Positions 57,503-60,544 of a DNA stretch of 60,544 nt are shown here, piece by piece. The translations under genes and the position numbers were made by a program. The stretch's first letter is position 1. Every line of letters starts with the position of its first letter. Source of the DNA: Methanobacteriota archaeon (GTDB lineage: Archaea; Methanobacteriota_B; Thermococci; Methanofastidiosales; Methanofastidiosaceae); contig JAMNZA010000122.1 in assembly GCA_023622545.1 (NCBI GenBank), forward strand, positions 1 through 60,544, read 5' to 3'. Under the pieces are notes generated by a model. The model saw nothing but the letters and a program-made list of their open reading frames with translations, was not told the DNA's origin and made no database searches.

Positions 57503-58304
57503 ATGATATCAAAAATCTGAATGACAAGTACCCAATTGCAGTAAGTATAATGCTGTGTTTAATTCCTGAAAACAGAGAATTTGTAGTCATCTTTCCTATC
57601 ATAAGTCCAGATAAAGCACCGTGTATAATCAGCATATTTTGAAATGTCACACTAAAAGCTTCTTTACTGATAGTTTCCTTTGCTGTTGGCAATGTAATCT
57701 CAGAGAATACTGCGACGAACTGTGTTTGTAGCAAGAAAATTACTGAGAGGAATACCAAGTAAGAGATGTAGATGATACCGGTATACTGCCCAAGTTTTGA
57801 TGCCTGTTCTTTTGCAAGCCCCCTCATCATTCTAGCACTCTCTGCTGCAGATTCTAGTATTTTTATAATATTTCCACCTGCATGATGAGCTATAACAATT
57901 AAAGAAACAGTTCCTTGAATGTTCTCACTCTTAACTTTATCTGCAAATGAAGTCAGGACTTCATCAAAAGGTACACCCCAAGATATCTTTGATGCCATAA
58001 CTTTAATTTCATCCGATAGTCTTCCATAATCGTCTTCTTGGGCCATCTTTATGGCTTGGGGTAATGTCATTCCTGCTGCTTGAGAGTCTGCCAATGCCCT
58101 TAGAAATTCAGGAAATTGATCTTCAATCTCAGTGACCCATGCTTGTTGTCTCATTTTTATTATAAGATATGGAAAGACAGCTATAGCTATTCCACCGATA
58201 ACACCTTCATTGATGTTAAGTATAAAGAAACTGATAAGAGTGATTATTACTCCTGTGGCTATACTCCCTATTATTATATACACATTATAGTTTCTTTTTT
58301 TCAA
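57474..58304 (-). CDS. Type IV pilus/archaellum platform protein, TadC/FlaJ-like (second paralogue)
   Basis: 276 aa with a T2SSF-like helical domain (FPEFLRALADSQAAGMTLPQAI) flanked by TM helices. Confidence 0.7.
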   Translation of the reverse strand: MKKRNYNVYIIIGSIATGVIITLISFFILNINEGVIGGIAIAVFPYLIIKMRQQAWVTEIEDQFPEFLRALADSQAAGMTLPQAIKMAQEDDYGRLSDEIKVMASKISWGVPFDEVLTSFADKVKSENIQGTVSLIVIAHHAGGNIIKILESAAESARMMRGLAKEQASKLGQYTGIIYISYLVFLSVIFLLQTQFVAVFSEITLPTAKETISKEAFSVTFQNMLIIHGALSGLMIGKMTTNSLFSGIKHSIILTAIGYLSFRFLISSNLLSGILG

Positions 58305-58317
58305 TATTTCACCTACA

Positions 58318-59292
58318 TTACCTCTTTGGAGCTACCTGATCAACAGCGATTATAAATAAAGCATACCCTATTGGTAATCCAAAATATACAACAAGGTTAT
58401 TTATTAGATTTACTTGGCTCATGGGAGTTCCCATAATACCCATAATAGTTGTCATTATTATTACAAAGACAGGTCCGACAACTAAAGCTGTTACATATGC
58501 TTCAGCAATTATACCAATTGTTTCTATGGCAGCTTCAGTTTTCATCCTTTCTATTTCCATAAGCCTATTACCTTCAATATATAGATACTCCTTAAGATTT
58601 CCACCAGTTCTGATTGTAGCAATCATCTTCCATAATAATTCACTGAAGAGAGGGGAAGGAGACCTATTAGCTGCCCTTTGGAGAGCTTGGACTAGATCAA
58701 GCCCATAATTTTCAATATCATTTAGTATTTTCTCTGATTCCCTAGATACCTCACCATATCTCCTGAATTCTACTAGGGACCAGAATATAACGGCCGGGGG
58801 AACACCTGTTCCTGCAATAGTGGCCATAGTATTGACAGCATTTGTAAGTGCAAGATTAATTTTTCTTGATCTCTCTCCTGATTTAAATGCAGGGTAAACC
58901 CAGAAGATTATGAAGGTCAAAACAGCTGATAAAATTGTGATAATCAAAATAAGAGTAACATTAAAGACTAAGTCTGGTTCAGTATTTGGGGATATTATCG
59001 AATTAACAATAGGTACAAAAATTAGAGGAACAAGTAGAACAGATAATACAAATGCTATAAATCCAACTAGAAATGTTGACATTATCATTGCACTTACGTA
59101 TGCGCCTAAATTAAGAGGTATATCGGCTTTCCTAAGCGGAACATGGAGTTCCTCAAAAAGTTTTAGCCTATTATTAACTAGGAATCCAAATCGTTTATGG
59201 GCCATTTTTCCATATGTAACAAAAAAGCCTTTTTTTTCGTATCTTTCTATTTTTTCTACTTCAAGGCTTTTTTTATTTTTTGTTCCAAACAT
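58318..59292 (-). CDS. Type IV pilus/archaellum platform protein, TadB/FlaJ-like (first paralogue)
   Basis: 324 aa with a T2SSF-like domain (LFSELLWKMIATIRTGGNLKEYL) and several TM helices. Confidence 0.7.
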   Translation of the reverse strand: MFGTKNKKSLEVEKIERYEKKGFFVTYGKMAHKRFGFLVNNRLKLFEELHVPLRKADIPLNLGAYVSAMIMSTFLVGFIAFVLSVLLVPLIFVPIVNSIISPNTEPDLVFNVTLILIITILSAVLTFIIFWVYPAFKSGERSRKINLALTNAVNTMATIAGTGVPPAVIFWSLVEFRRYGEVSRESEKILNDIENYGLDLVQALQRAANRSPSPLFSELLWKMIATIRTGGNLKEYLYIEGNRLMEIERMKTEAAIETIGIIAEAYVTALVVGPVFVIIMTTIMGIMGTPMSQVNLINNLVVYFGLPIGYALFIIAVDQVAPKR

Positions 59293-59296
59293 GATT

Positions 59297-60544
59297 CTAG
59301 CCTTTTATTTTTTTAATGATTGTATCGGGATCCCTCATATAATCTTTAATAATCGCACCAACATCTTTGTAATGAACAATATTGTTTTCAGCCATCCAGC
59401 TTAGGACAAGAGATCTTCTGTTGATTTCCTCCCAAACATCCTCTTGTGTCATTCCTCTGGCGATTGCAATTCTTTTTACAATATTACTTTCCTTGACATC
59501 AAAACTGAACTCATCTGTTCCGGGGTCCCATCTGAAAACAGTCTGATAGATTGGTTCTCCTTTCTGTAAGTCCATTCCTGTGATCTCAATTACTTCTTTA
59601 ACTCTTCTAATCGCTTTTCCTTCAATCTTTGCATGTGTTAAAAGGAAACATATGTTTAATGATTGTAAAAGGGCTGGTGACAAACTAATGGGCCTTGTTA
59701 CAAGTCTATTGATTAAAGATTCCATTGAATCAGCGTGTATTGTTCCTATTCCAGGATGCCCTGTAGCCATACCAGTGAACATTACGTTTGCCTCTGCACC
59801 CCTAATTTCACCCACTATAAGGTAATCAGGCCTCTGCCTCAAAGATGCCCTCAATAAATCAAACATGTCGACTTCGCCTTGTTTCTTTCCGTCAATAGTT
59901 GTTGAGCCAAATCCAGATCTAGTTACTGAGGGTAACCAGTGCTCTTGGGGAAGGTTTAATTCTTGGGTATCTTCAATAGTAACAATTTTTGCTTCAGGAG
60001 GTAAGAAAATAGCAAGGGCATTTAGCATTGAAGTTTTACCTGTTGCTGTCCCTCCAGATATTAAAGTAGAAGCAGTATAAGAGTGCTCAAGAGCAAGCCA
60101 CATAAAAGCAAATATCCTCGGTGGACAAGATTTATAGTTTATTAACTGGATAGGTGTCATTGGCTCAGTTTTGAACCTTCTTAAGGTAAATGTAGGCCCA
60201 TGTTGGGTAACTTCCCTACCGAATGTCGCTTGAACTCTAGAATTATTTGGTAGCCTACCATCTAAAAGTGGTTCTGCTACAGAGATATGTCTATTACATC
60301 TCTGGGCCATTTTTATGATGACACTATTTGCATCATCATCTGTATTAAACAAGATGTTTGAAGGCATAGACCCGTATTTTGCATGATAAATATAAACTGG
60401 AATTCCAGTTCCATCACAACTTATATCTTCAATTGCAGGATCATTGAATAATGGCTCTATAGAACCAAGACCGATATAATTTCTTCTCAAATAGTACATT
60501 ATTTTTTCAAATGAATCAGGAGGTAAACGGATATTTAATTCGTC
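59297..60544 (-). CDS. FlaI/PilB/VirB11-family secretion ATPase, N-terminus outside the window
   Basis: The frame stays open to the window edge (DELNIRLPPDSFEKIMYYLRRN...). Motifs: IEDISCDG, Walker A SGGTATGKTS, Walker B-like DYLIVGEIRG, GHPGIGTIHA. Confidence 0.85.
   Translation of the reverse strand, partial: DELNIRLPPDSFEKIMYYLRRNYIGLGSIEPLFNDPAIEDISCDGTGIPVYIYHAKYGSMPSNILFNTDDDANSVIIKMAQRCNRHISVAEPLLDGRLPNNSRVQATFGREVTQHGPTFTLRRFKTEPMTPIQLINYKSCPPRIFAFMWLALEHSYTASTLISGGTATGKTSMLNALAIFLPPEAKIVTIEDTQELNLPQEHWLPSVTRSGFGSTTIDGKKQGEVDMFDLLRASLRQRPDYLIVGEIRGAEANVMFTGMATGHPGIGTIHADSMESLINRLVTRPISLSPALLQSLNICFLLTHAKIEGKAIRRVKEVIEITGMDLQKGEPIYQTVFRWDPGTDEFSFDVKESNIVKRIAIARGMTQEDVWEEINRRSLVLSWMAENNIVHYKDVGAIIKDYMRDPDTIIKKIKG

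Noticed and set aside
58421-59404. 95-aa and 164-aa + strand ORFs
   Set aside because: Both are antisense to the pilus platform and ATPase genes. Composition is typical of shadow frames.
1-60544. CRISPR arrays, cas genes, transposases, integrases, reverse transcriptases, toxin-antitoxin pairs or known defence-system genes
   Set aside because: I scanned intergenic regions for regularly spaced repeats, and the ORF translations for DDE, tyrosine/serine recombinase, RT and Cas motifs. I found none. This is limited to recognition by eye.

Overview
AT-rich, densely coding archaeal chromosome segment from a methanogen. Most 60-nt lines I sampled by hand are about 20-35% G+C; highly expressed genes are about 45%. 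I found no CRISPR array, transposase, integrase, reverse transcriptase, tRNA or rRNA.

Core content:
- A compact mcrB-D-G-A operon (mcrA is cut by the window edge). atwA (MCR component A2) lies nearby, and mcrC sits alone about 30 kb away.
- The conserved ftsZ-secE-nusG-L11-L1-P0-P1 cluster, plus pheST, argF, pcn, fen, rpoK, trm11, tgtA, rlmE and dtdA.
- Ether-lipid genes (GGGP synthase, G1P dehydrogenase, a dolichol-kinase-like gene).
- hypCD with a gamma carbonic anhydrase, porCDAB, and a type IV pilus core (ATPase plus two TadC/FlaJ-like proteins).

Two genes are absent from the ORF track:
- An RNase P RNA (17647-17951), hidden under a spurious ORF extension.
- A 58-aa rpoK (36295-36471).

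Regions most worth a second look:
1. An envelope module at 9.9-17.6 kb. It holds a 1637-aa surface protein with a 450-aa cytoplasmic tail, MinD with a coupled 67-aa membrane protein, a 165-aa mini-archaeosortase and a GT4 glycosyltransferase.
2. A G+C-rich cassette-like island at 44.7-47 kb, punctuated by three copies of a 40-50 nt repeat and by TTGTAATATA motifs.
3. A zinc-ribbon / unknown 161-aa / MoaD-like ubiquitin-fold gene set, with the MoaD-like gene abutting tgtA.
4. mcrC overlapping a soluble P-type-ATPase-like HAD gene.
5. A TPR / beta-sandwich / J-domain protein.

None of these is demonstrably a new system from sequence alone. All functional calls rest on motif recognition, not on database searches. 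The lineage cannot be assigned without a search; the mcrBDGA layout with an unlinked mcrC differs from the classical mcrBDCGA of class I methanogens.
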